This document shows, in pieces, positions 29,512-37,528 of a DNA stretch of 55,310 nucleotides (position 1 is the stretch's first letter; the number at the start of each line of letters is the position of its first letter). Below the pieces are notes generated by a model. It did not search any database, was not told the DNA's origin, and saw only the letters and a program-made list of their open reading frames with translations. Made by a program: the position numbers and the translations under genes. Origin of the DNA: a virus (taxonomy: Duplodnaviria; Caudoviricetes); IMG/VR virus record IMGVR_UViG_3300037245_001527, positions 1 to 55,310 of that record. The stretch is one strand, 5' to 3'.

Positions 29512-29910
29512 TCATCTGAAGCATTTTTGTGCTTTGCCATGTAACTCTGAACCGGACTTCTTTCTGGTAGAAAGTCGCTTGCCACCCGTTCCGGTGGGTC
29601 CACATTCCCCAGGGGTGGGGTAAATTCGCCCCAACCCGCCAGGTTGACAATCCCGCATAACCGGCCGTTTCCCTGCAATCAGCAGTTCCTCGACCAACCG
29701 CCATGCGTTTTCAAACCCGTCAAAACCCCGTAAAGTATTCACCATATCGGCGGAATCATGAACATGATACCGTCCAATGTAAGATACTCTTGGTTTCCGT
29801 GGTTTCCTCACTAACTCTTCCATCGTGGGGGGTGGGTCCGGTAAATCTTTCTCTTTGACAACTGGACCAGTCCACGACGTACCATAATCGATATGTTCCA
29901 CAGTTCCCAT
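29512..29910 (-). CDS. Hypothetical protein
   Basis: 132-aa ORF with GGGTGGT upstream; enclosed by a 29-bp inverted-repeat pair. Confidence 0.55.
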   Translation of the reverse strand: MGTVEHIDYGTSWTGPVVKEKDLPDPPPTMEELVRKPRKPRVSYIGRYHVHDSADMVNTLRGFDGFENAWRLVEELLIAGKRPVMRDCQPGGLGRIYPTPGECGPTGTGGKRLSTRKKSGSELHGKAQKCFR

Positions 29911-30169
29911 ATAACACCACCCGTTCTCCGGGTAGGATCTACAGGACCCTGTAAGTTTTTCTCTTTTTCACCATGTGGACGGTAGTTGTTCCCGGTTTCC
30001 ACGGGTTCGTCCGACCCTCCAGTTTTTACTGGCCGAATCGACTTGCAACCCTACAACCCACAATATCCGGACTGACGGTTTCTGGTTGGGCTCCCTGCCC
30101 CCGCCCCATGGCCCCCTAAATTGGCCGACCACCGGATACCCTGCACATTATGGTGCTATATACGCCAGA

Positions 30170-30217
30170 ACTCACTCACTCTGTAAAACTTACTCACTCA
30201 CTGAAAAACTTACTCAC
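30170..30217. repeat. About 20-bp iteron-like direct repeats ACTCACTCACT..AAAACTT
   Basis: actcactcactctgtaaaactt / actcactcactgaaaaactt / actcac. Confidence 0.7.
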
Positions 30218-30405
30218 GTTGCGGTTTTCACTCTTGACCCGGTTATGTCGGTCGCGGCGGTTGGGGCGGTCATGCCGTCCCGTTGCCATATAGGCGTTTG
30301 CCGCGTCCGTCGTTCCCGTTGTCCGTCGTTCCTTCCCGCACTTACATAATACGGCCGACCACCCGAAAGGAAAGGCCCCGAAAGGAAGGACGCCGACCGA
30401 ATCGT

Positions 30406-30612
30406 CGTAAGTCGTTTGGTGGTAAGGACTTAAAATCTTTCGAGAATAATCCGATCCGTTGTTTGGACACTTAGTATCGGTACAACAATCGTCGTAAGTT
30501 AAGGTTACCAAAGGACTTAGGACGACGCATCGTAAGTCGTTTGACAGTAAGGGGTTACGAAATACCAAGTGTCCACCTCGCATCGTAAGTCGTTTGACCA
30601 TAAGCACTTACG
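30406..30612 (+). repeat. Cluster of four 29-bp imperfect palindromes CGTAAGTCGTT-N7-AAGSACTTACG
   Basis: Copies start at 30406, 30493, 30531 and 30584. Confidence 0.85.
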
Positions 30613-30628
30613 TCGTTTTGGCATGGGT

Positions 30629-30730
30629 GGCGTGGGCGTGGGCGTGGGCGTGGGCGTGGGCGTGGGCGTGGGCGTGGGCGTGGGCGTGGGCGTGGGCGTG
30701 GGCGTGGGCGTGGGCGTGGGCGTGGGCGTG
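30629..30730 (+). repeat. (GGCGTG)17 hexamer microsatellite, G-quadruplex-prone
   Basis: 17 perfect units giving regularly spaced GGG tracts. Confidence 0.97.
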
Positions 30731-31637
30731 GGCCCGGACCGCATCCCGGCACAACCATTACAACCAGCATCGCCAATCAAATCGGAACGACTCAGGCAAT
30801 CAGGGCCCAGGGCACAGCCCATTTGTTTATAATGACCCATAATCTCCACACGATGTGGCCCATTACTATATTCATTACGACCGGACCCATGTCAACCTTA
30901 CCATGGGCCCAAGGCCCAGGAGTAATATCTACTGGCAATATCTATAGCTCCATGCCCTACTGTATATACTGTAGATAGTACAGGATGGCTGGGCCCTGGG
31001 CCAGTGGACAGTAGGATGTACAGTCCCCAATGGTGGTAGTATATAGTACACATATACATATAAAGAATGCAGGGATATTCTACACTGTTCCCTGTACATC
31101 CTACATACAGTAGAATATACAAGGGGGAGGGTCAAATCTTTCCGGTAAAGTCTACAGTGGTTGCCCTATCCTCCCACCCCCTATGCTATAAGAATATTTC
31201 AACTTTTATTTTGACCTAATTTTACCTAACCGGGTGAGGTGGGTCAAATGTTAATTCTACCAGTGGCAATGGAAGGGCAAATCGCAGTGAAAACGAAATT
31301 CGCAAAATTTTAATTACGATCTGGACGGCTCTGGACGACGAAATGGCCCAGGGCCCAGTTTTCATACTATTTCACGGTGTTCAGTGGTCATGATCTATGT
31401 GCAATACACCATTTATCGATCTAGGGGTTATAATGGGACCCTATAGGATGGGCCCTGGGCCCGTTATAGCCCGCAGGGCTATATTTGAGCTTAGAATGCG
31501 TTCCCTGGTGTCCTGATGGTGTCAAAACACACCGAATTGGACCTAGAACGCGTTTCATGGGCCGATTTTGCACATTATATGTAATATACATTTTGTGCAG
31601 GCAAAAAGCTTTGTGATGTGCTATAAGTATGTAGGAG

Positions 31638-32846
31638 ATGCTCTATTCCACACCCAAGTCGAGCCCTGGAGCCTGTAAAATGTTGTTACACCGATCGTGC
31701 AAAACACTTGTTAGCCTTACCATCGCGATCCTTCTCTTGGTGGGTAGCGTGCAAGCCCAGACTTATGACCCGTCCACAATAGGCATCCTTTTCCCCAGTT
31801 GTCGGCAAGGCCAGTGCGGCCCGCGTGGCTGCAATGTCCCACGACCCCCGGTTATCCGGCCTCCCAGGCCGGCACAACCTCCTCGCCGGACTCCCGACAT
31901 CCGGCCTGGAGGACGAAGACACGTCTCTGAGATTCGAGTGCGAGCCGTCCACGGCAATCAGTCCCAATTGGGCTGGGCGAGCTTCATCGTCTACAAAGAC
32001 AAACAATACCTTCTTTCGTGTACTCACGTCTTTCGTGCGGGCTGGAAAAGCTACGCTCTAATCAACGGACAAGACGTTGAGCTTACACTTCTTTCGGCTG
32101 GTGGTCTTGCTGATATTACCATTTGGGCAGCACCCGCCAACCATCCATCACCCCTACGGCTGGCACCCACGTCAGCCCCAGTTGGAACAGCCGTAACGGT
32201 CGCCGGGAATCCCGGTGTCGTACTCGGTTACGTTGGTAGTGACATCGAGGTGCGTGCCAACGTCAAAGAGGGAGACTCCGGTGGCCCCATGTTTTCATCG
32301 CAAGGTCTAGTGGCAATCCTGACAGAATACGCTCCCGGCGAGGGAACGTGTATCGGTCCGAATGTGTTATTGATCTCCGCCTTACTCGATGGCCTCGCTG
32401 GTCCCCCTCAAGCAAAAGAACGTCCCATGGTTCCCGTCGTCCCGCCTGTTGTGGTTGTAGAGCCCCCGCAGGTAGTCGTGGAACCATTCGACGATACTGA
32501 TATTCGTGCCCGTCTCGATGCACTAGAGAGTAAAATCACCGGTGTTAAGATTAACAAAGACGAAATTGGATTGCACGGTAAGCGGATAGCATCGATCGAA
32601 AAGGTCGCAAGAGAAAACACTATTTTGATTCAGCGTGTTGTGGGGTCGGTAGAGTCCTTACAGAAGGAGGTGGTCCGAGACGGGAAATCCGTGGACACCT
32701 TGACCACGGAGAACAGAGAGTTGAAGATTCGGTTACAACGACTGGAACAGACTTCAACCGTCCTCTCCGACACGTTGAAAGGTAAGATGCAGTTTCGTGT
32801 GAGGATCGATCAGTCCGGTCGTGTGATCGGTGTCGATCCTCGTTAG
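31638..32846 (+). CDS. Secreted trypsin-like serine protease with Pro-rich linkers and a C-terminal coiled coil
   Basis: Signal-like LVSLTIAILLLVGSVQA; LSCTHV (His), ADITI (Asp), GDSGGP (Ser); alternative start at 31680. Confidence 0.85.
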   Translation: MLYSTPKSSPGACKMLLHRSCKTLVSLTIAILLLVGSVQAQTYDPSTIGILFPSCRQGQCGPRGCNVPRPPVIRPPRPAQPPRRTPDIRPGGRRHVSEIRVRAVHGNQSQLGWASFIVYKDKQYLLSCTHVFRAGWKSYALINGQDVELTLLSAGGLADITIWAAPANHPSPLRLAPTSAPVGTAVTVAGNPGVVLGYVGSDIEVRANVKEGDSGGPMFSSQGLVAILTEYAPGEGTCIGPNVLLISALLDGLAGPPQAKERPMVPVVPPVVVVEPPQVVVEPFDDTDIRARLDALESKITGVKINKDEIGLHGKRIASIEKVARENTILIQRVVGSVESLQKEVVRDGKSVDTLTTENRELKIRLQRLEQTSTVLSDTLKGKMQFRVRIDQSGRVIGVDPR

Positions 32847-32868
32847 TTCCTTAGAAGGAGATTGAGTT

Positions 32869-33072
32869 ATGGGCGTAGACATGCAAGAGCAACTGACGGC
32901 ACAGTTGGCCGTCGTAGCAACCCAGGGCGTTGCGAACAACCAGCAACTGTCCCAGAATACGCTGTTGGCGTATCAGAAGGACTTGTTCCAAGGTGGGCAG
33001 GGTGAGTCGCCGGCGTTGATGGCGGCCTTGTCGACTGCCGATCGAACCCCGGTCATCAAGGTGGAGAAGTAA
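32869..33072 (+). CDS. Hypothetical Gln-rich small protein
   Basis: AAGGAG RBS; 67 aa. Confidence 0.65.
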   Translation: MGVDMQEQLTAQLAVVATQGVANNQQLSQNTLLAYQKDLFQGGQGESPALMAALSTADRTPVIKVEK

Positions 33073-33076
33073 CGTC

Positions 33077-33595
33077 ATGCCGGACCAACGCGAACAGCCT
33101 AATCCCATGCTAGAAGAAGCAGCCGCCCAAATGGGTAACGCTGCCAATCTACGGGAACAGGCCAAAGCACAACACCGGACAGCAGGTCTTTGGGGCTCGA
33201 TGAACGTCATGAAACGTAATTCGGACGTTGAACGTGCAGCAATTGCCAAGCAAAACGGGATTGACCCGAGGGAGTTACCGAACTTCCTTGCAGAGATCCC
33301 GTTTGGCAATCAGACCGTTGTCCAACAGAGTGCTGAGAATCCAGCACCGTCTGCCGTTGGTAACTTTACCAAGGCAGCGGTGCTCGCGTTGGCCGCTGGG
33401 GCGGCAGGTTTCGGTCTGTCACAGCTTAACATAGCACCCGAACCGCTACCATTACCACCCCCGGTCAATGCGGTCATAGAATGGGAGATCACACCCAATG
33501 AGTCAATCATCAGCAGAGATTCAAGCGTTTTTGGAGAAGAACGCGGAGTTCATCGAAGCTCACGGAGCGAGATTAGTAGCGGGGATCGAGAGTAG
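33077..33595 (+). CDS. Hypothetical membrane protein
   Basis: Hydrophobic AAVLALAAGAAGFGL segment. Confidence 0.6.
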   Translation: MPDQREQPNPMLEEAAAQMGNAANLREQAKAQHRTAGLWGSMNVMKRNSDVERAAIAKQNGIDPRELPNFLAEIPFGNQTVVQQSAENPAPSAVGNFTKAAVLALAAGAAGFGLSQLNIAPEPLPLPPPVNAVIEWEITPNESIISRDSSVFGEERGVHRSSRSEISSGDRE

Positions 33596-33770
33596 TCAGG
33601 GTTCCACCGCCACAGTCAAAGATGTCGGGCTTGACGAGGATCTTGCGGCAGCTTTTAACGGCGTCGCAGGTAACTTGTCCGGACAGTTGGTTATCCTGCA
33701 AATGCAGACTAACCGGCGACTCGATCGATTGGTCGAGATATTAGAAAATCAAACCGCGTTAATGGAGTAA
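33498..33770 (+). CDS. Hypothetical protein
   Basis: GGGAG RBS; 90 aa. Confidence 0.6.
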   Translation: MSQSSAEIQAFLEKNAEFIEAHGARLVAGIESSQGSTATVKDVGLDEDLAAAFNGVAGNLSGQLVILQMQTNRRLDRLVEILENQTALME

Positions 33771-33772
33771 GT

Positions 33773-34087
33773 ATGAACTGGACCGCCGATAGTCTTCTGA
33801 CGTATCTAACGATAATCACACTTTTCGCTGTGGTTGTCGGCGATAGGGTACTAGGGTGGCTCAGGACACGCGGAGTCGATTTAACCAAATTGGGTGAGAT
33901 TCATGAGACAACGCAGGAACTGCTTAGGCGGTTTGACGATGGTGCCCTAGAAGAGGCCATCCGTGCGTTATCCCTGAATGTTGCAGCCCAGACAGCTATC
34001 CTCCAAGAGTTGGTAGGGCTATCAAAATTGCAACATCAAGAGCACAAGCTGATTTTGGACCAATTGGTCCGAAACGGCAAACGATAA
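33773..34087 (+). CDS. N-terminal transmembrane plus coiled-coil protein (holin-like candidate)
   Basis: LLTYLTIITLFAVVVG followed by heptads; terminator follows. Confidence 0.5.
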   Translation: MNWTADSLLTYLTIITLFAVVVGDRVLGWLRTRGVDLTKLGEIHETTQELLRRFDDGALEEAIRALSLNVAAQTAILQELVGLSKLQHQEHKLILDQLVRNGKR

Positions 34088-34100
34088 TCTCCTTGGGTGG

Positions 34101-34139
34101 CCCTGGCGGCGGGAAATGTTCTCGTCGTCAGGGTATTTT
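34101..34139 (+). terminator. Probable intrinsic terminator
   Basis: CCCTGGCGGCGGGAA-ATG-TTCTCGTCGTCAGGG-TATTTT; the G-U pairs fit the + strand. Confidence 0.6.
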
Positions 34140-34147
34140 GAGAGCTA

Positions 34148-35836
34148 ATGGCAATAAAATGTACATTTCCTGGTGATCTGTGGGACGGCCTCACTGGCTG
34201 GCGGGGTAACCTGAATACTCAGGCTGCCCCCGACGCAGAGGACTGGGCAGAGATGCTTGCCGAAGTTCAATCCATCGAGAAAACCTTATTTGCGGCATCA
34301 GACGATGCTATCATTTGGGTTGAGCAACATGCACGAGCCACTGGAACTGGTAGCATTACCAACCCTGTAGCTTCAATTAACGACGCTGTAGCACGACTAT
34401 CAGTAACCAAGAGCATTATTGCAATACTGCCGGGAATTTACGACTTAGATGCCATCGCTGTTATACCAGACCTCCCGTTTGCTGACTCCAATGTGCGAGT
34501 CGTCGGTGTAGGTGGCTCAGCAGCGACAATCATCAATGCCGGGGATACAGATGAAGCAATTCAGGTGTATCCGATACATGGAACGTCCGAACTACACAAC
34601 ATTACAATAGAAGGAATCACGCTCAATCAGTTTGCCGGCAAGATCGGTATTAAGGTCATTGACCGACTCGGTGCGAGTGACACAAAGCTGACGTTGAAGG
34701 ATGTTAATCTTAACATGGACACAGCGGGTGCGTCCTTCTTCCAAAACACAACGTACGGAACAAAGTGTCATCTTGTGATGGAACATTGCAATGTCACTGG
34801 GGCGATTGATTTCACGTACACAACAAATCTCTGTAACAATGAATTCACGCACTGCAACCTACTAGGTGGCGTTGTCACATCGGCAGACAACCATGCGATT
34901 GAATACGTGTTCAGGGACTCAATGATTAAGGCAGGCGGTATTTCAGGTGGGTTTGCAAGTCAGATCATTAAGGCACTCAACTGTTTCACAGATGCACACG
35001 AAGCAGTATCGGAAAGCGATTTTGTTGGGGCACATACAGTAACGATTCTCGGGAGTGGCGGAGGTGGCGGGGCAGAGGAATATGTAGATGACACGCTATG
35101 GGTAGGGCCACAGGGAACAGGTACAGGGAGTCGGAATAATCCCTATGGAACGATTGCCGAAGCTATAGCGGCGATGACACAAACAAAACATATACTTTGT
35201 GTTTTGCCTGGTGAGTACATCATAAGCAGTCAGATCGTACTGCCCGATATAACTAATTTTGTGCTAATCGGGATTGGTGGGAGTAAAGCCACAACATTTA
35301 CGCATCTCCTCGGCGGCACAGTCTTTCTGCTCCAAAATGACCAGAGAAACGATGACTTGTACCTGACATTTCAAGGTATCAAGTTCGACAAGAATGGTAG
35401 CGGTGGCCTAGAAGGCCCGGCAATAAAGATTAACCAAGGTGAAGAGTGGACAACCTATTGGGTTACACTAAATGATATTGTTGTAGACCGTCATGACCGC
35501 TGCCTCGATCTTGAGACTATTAGTCAAGATTACGATATAAAGCTAGATTGTAATGACTGTAATTTTGGTGGCACTGTCAATATAGAAACAGCAGGTAATG
35601 GCGGTCGTTATTTCTTTGATCGGTGTTATATTGAAAATGGGGTGTTATTTGATAATAGTTTCAGAGACAAGTACCCTGAATTTTGGTTAAAGAACTCAGA
35701 GTCTGCTTCGTGTCATGTTTTTGGTGGGACACCAGGAAGAGTTCAAGCCTATGTAATCAATTCGTTCCGCACCACCAAGACCAACTTTGTTGCTTCCGAG
35801 TTTGAACCAGACTTCCTAGTGCAAGGGGTCTGGTAA
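34148..35836 (+). CDS. Virion protein with two tandem pectin-lyase-like beta-helix domains
   Basis: Two GTGSxxNPxxxIxxA...LPGxY starts joined by GSGGGGG. Confidence 0.7.
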   Translation: MAIKCTFPGDLWDGLTGWRGNLNTQAAPDAEDWAEMLAEVQSIEKTLFAASDDAIIWVEQHARATGTGSITNPVASINDAVARLSVTKSIIAILPGIYDLDAIAVIPDLPFADSNVRVVGVGGSAATIINAGDTDEAIQVYPIHGTSELHNITIEGITLNQFAGKIGIKVIDRLGASDTKLTLKDVNLNMDTAGASFFQNTTYGTKCHLVMEHCNVTGAIDFTYTTNLCNNEFTHCNLLGGVVTSADNHAIEYVFRDSMIKAGGISGGFASQIIKALNCFTDAHEAVSESDFVGAHTVTILGSGGGGGAEEYVDDTLWVGPQGTGTGSRNNPYGTIAEAIAAMTQTKHILCVLPGEYIISSQIVLPDITNFVLIGIGGSKATTFTHLLGGTVFLLQNDQRNDDLYLTFQGIKFDKNGSGGLEGPAIKINQGEEWTTYWVTLNDIVVDRHDRCLDLETISQDYDIKLDCNDCNFGGTVNIETAGNGGRYFFDRCYIENGVLFDNSFRDKYPEFWLKNSESASCHVFGGTPGRVQAYVINSFRTTKTNFVASEFEPDFLVQGVW

Positions 35837-35857
35837 GCTTACCACCCAAGGTAAATT

Positions 35858-36475
35858 ATGACCCAAATTGCAAACAAATTCACCCGCTGGGACCCACTCG
35901 TCCATGAAGCTAAGCATAGATGCAAAGGGCACAGTGCTCAGTATGGTACGTGCCCCTACCTCGCGGAAGAGAAAAGTAACTATTGTGTTCGCCATGGTGG
36001 CGGACTGTCCGCGAATGCAGTGGAAAAAGAAGCAGTCAGGAACTACCATCTGACAATATGGCAAGCAAGAGTCCACCAGCTTGCCGATAACGAGAGTATC
36101 AAATCATTACGGGAAGAAGTTGGTATTCTCCGAATGGTACTGGAAAACATGTTGAACCAGTGCCACGATGAACAAGAGTTGTTGATGTTCTCCTCACGAG
36201 CGGCTGATCTTGTTATTAAGATCGAAAAGCTTGTTGTGAGTTGCGACCGGATGGAAGGCAAGATGGGGCAGTTGCTCGGTAAGGACTCTGTCCTACGCTT
36301 GGCAGCCCAATACGTCGAAATCATACACGAACACATTGAAGATACCGATATTATCGATATTATCAGTACCAAAATGATCCAAGCAACGGTAACACTCGAT
36401 GCACCTGAACGACGAAACCCGATGGAATCCACTGTGCCAGTCGACTTGTCCCAACTTGATGAATACGATTCATGA
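35858..36475 (+). CDS. Putative terminase small subunit
   Basis: C..C..CVRHGG motif plus a helical C-terminus; lies upstream of terL. Confidence 0.5.
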   Translation: MTQIANKFTRWDPLVHEAKHRCKGHSAQYGTCPYLAEEKSNYCVRHGGGLSANAVEKEAVRNYHLTIWQARVHQLADNESIKSLREEVGILRMVLENMLNQCHDEQELLMFSSRAADLVIKIEKLVVSCDRMEGKMGQLLGKDSVLRLAAQYVEIIHEHIEDTDIIDIISTKMIQATVTLDAPERRNPMESTVPVDLSQLDEYDS

Positions 36476-36528
36476 TCCATTGTATAATGTGAGCGTAGAC
36501 CCAAGGCGTTCAGAATTTCTGCTACCCC

Positions 36529-37458
36529 TTGACCCGAATGAGGATGAATATGACTGTTAAGACTGCTAATTTCCCATCAACTGTTTGGGATGGAATCACT
36601 AACTTCCGACAAAACCGACGCCTGGTAAAAGGACCCGACCATGAGGATTGGGATGAGATGCTAGCGGAATTGCTAGCAGTGGAAACGTCTCTCGCCGGCT
36701 TAGCCGCCGATACTACCATCTGGGTAGCCCCATGGGGCGTAGCTGCCACGGCCATCGGCAGTATGACCAACCCGTACGCTACGATTGCAGCGGCCATTGC
36801 GGCCATTACGTCTGCAAAGAAGACCATCGTCTTGCTGCCAGGCATCTACGCACCTACGGCCATCTTGGTGTTGCCGGTTGATCAGAATGACTGTCATATC
36901 GTTGGCGTATCCGGCTCGCACAATACGATCATCACGGGTGCCGAACTCGATCAGATTATGTCTATCACGCCCGGTGCCCAAGGTGCTCCCTTCGAGATCA
37001 CGATTCAGGGCGTCACCCTCAATCAATTCGCCGCAAAGAAAGGCATCTTCATCGATGACACATCGGCTGACGATACCATAACTGTCACCTTGCAGGATGT
37101 TACGATTAACAAGGACGCATCCGGCGATTCAATCGACCTCCTCCATGCCGTTGATATAGCGGTTACACTTAGTATCAACCATTGCACTATTGATGGTGCC
37201 GTCCAACTTGACGTTGCATGCGACACAGATCAATTCTTTTTTGATCAGTCCACCCTTGTAAGCATCGTATCAGATGCAGGTACCGCTACAGGGTCCTTCA
37301 TATTCCGGCATTGCACCCTCTTCACAGGTTGCTTGACCGGTGGTCATGTCAATCAAACCGTAACGGCTTTGTACTGTCACTCTATCGCTGCGGTACTTGC
37401 CTCAACGACCGAGTTCACCGGCAACCACACTGAGACCCTGATTGCACCAACTTCGTAA
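36529..37458 (+). CDS. Beta-helix protein, paralog of the 34148 gene
   Basis: Shares FP..WDG.T..R..PD.EDW.EMLAE and GSMTNPYATIAAA..LPGIY; real start is probably 36544 or 36550. Confidence 0.7.
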   Translation: MTRMRMNMTVKTANFPSTVWDGITNFRQNRRLVKGPDHEDWDEMLAELLAVETSLAGLAADTTIWVAPWGVAATAIGSMTNPYATIAAAIAAITSAKKTIVLLPGIYAPTAILVLPVDQNDCHIVGVSGSHNTIITGAELDQIMSITPGAQGAPFEITIQGVTLNQFAAKKGIFIDDTSADDTITVTLQDVTINKDASGDSIDLLHAVDIAVTLSINHCTIDGAVQLDVACDTDQFFFDQSTLVSIVSDAGTATGSFIFRHCTLFTGCLTGGHVNQTVTALYCHSIAAVLASTTEFTGNHTETLIAPTS

Positions 37459-37471
37459 TGTTAACCCTAAC

Positions 37472-37504
37472 AACTCCTAGCCCCTTCGGGGGTTATGGAG
37501 TTTT
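37472..37504 (+). terminator. Intrinsic terminator with a UUCG loop
   Basis: AACTCC-TAGCCCC-TTCG-GGGGTTA-TGGAG-TTTT. Confidence 0.75.
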
Positions 37505-37528
37505 GTATGTCGAACGAGATGCGAAGAT

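Noticed and set aside
30406-30612. Possible mini CRISPR array
   Set aside because: Repeats are degenerate and the gaps are 58, 9 and 24 bp rather than uniform spacers; no cas operon is present.
30517-30849. ORFs with PT/PR/GV/WA dipeptide runs
   Set aside because: They are by-products of the stop-free hexamer microsatellite in several frames, with no convincing coding context.
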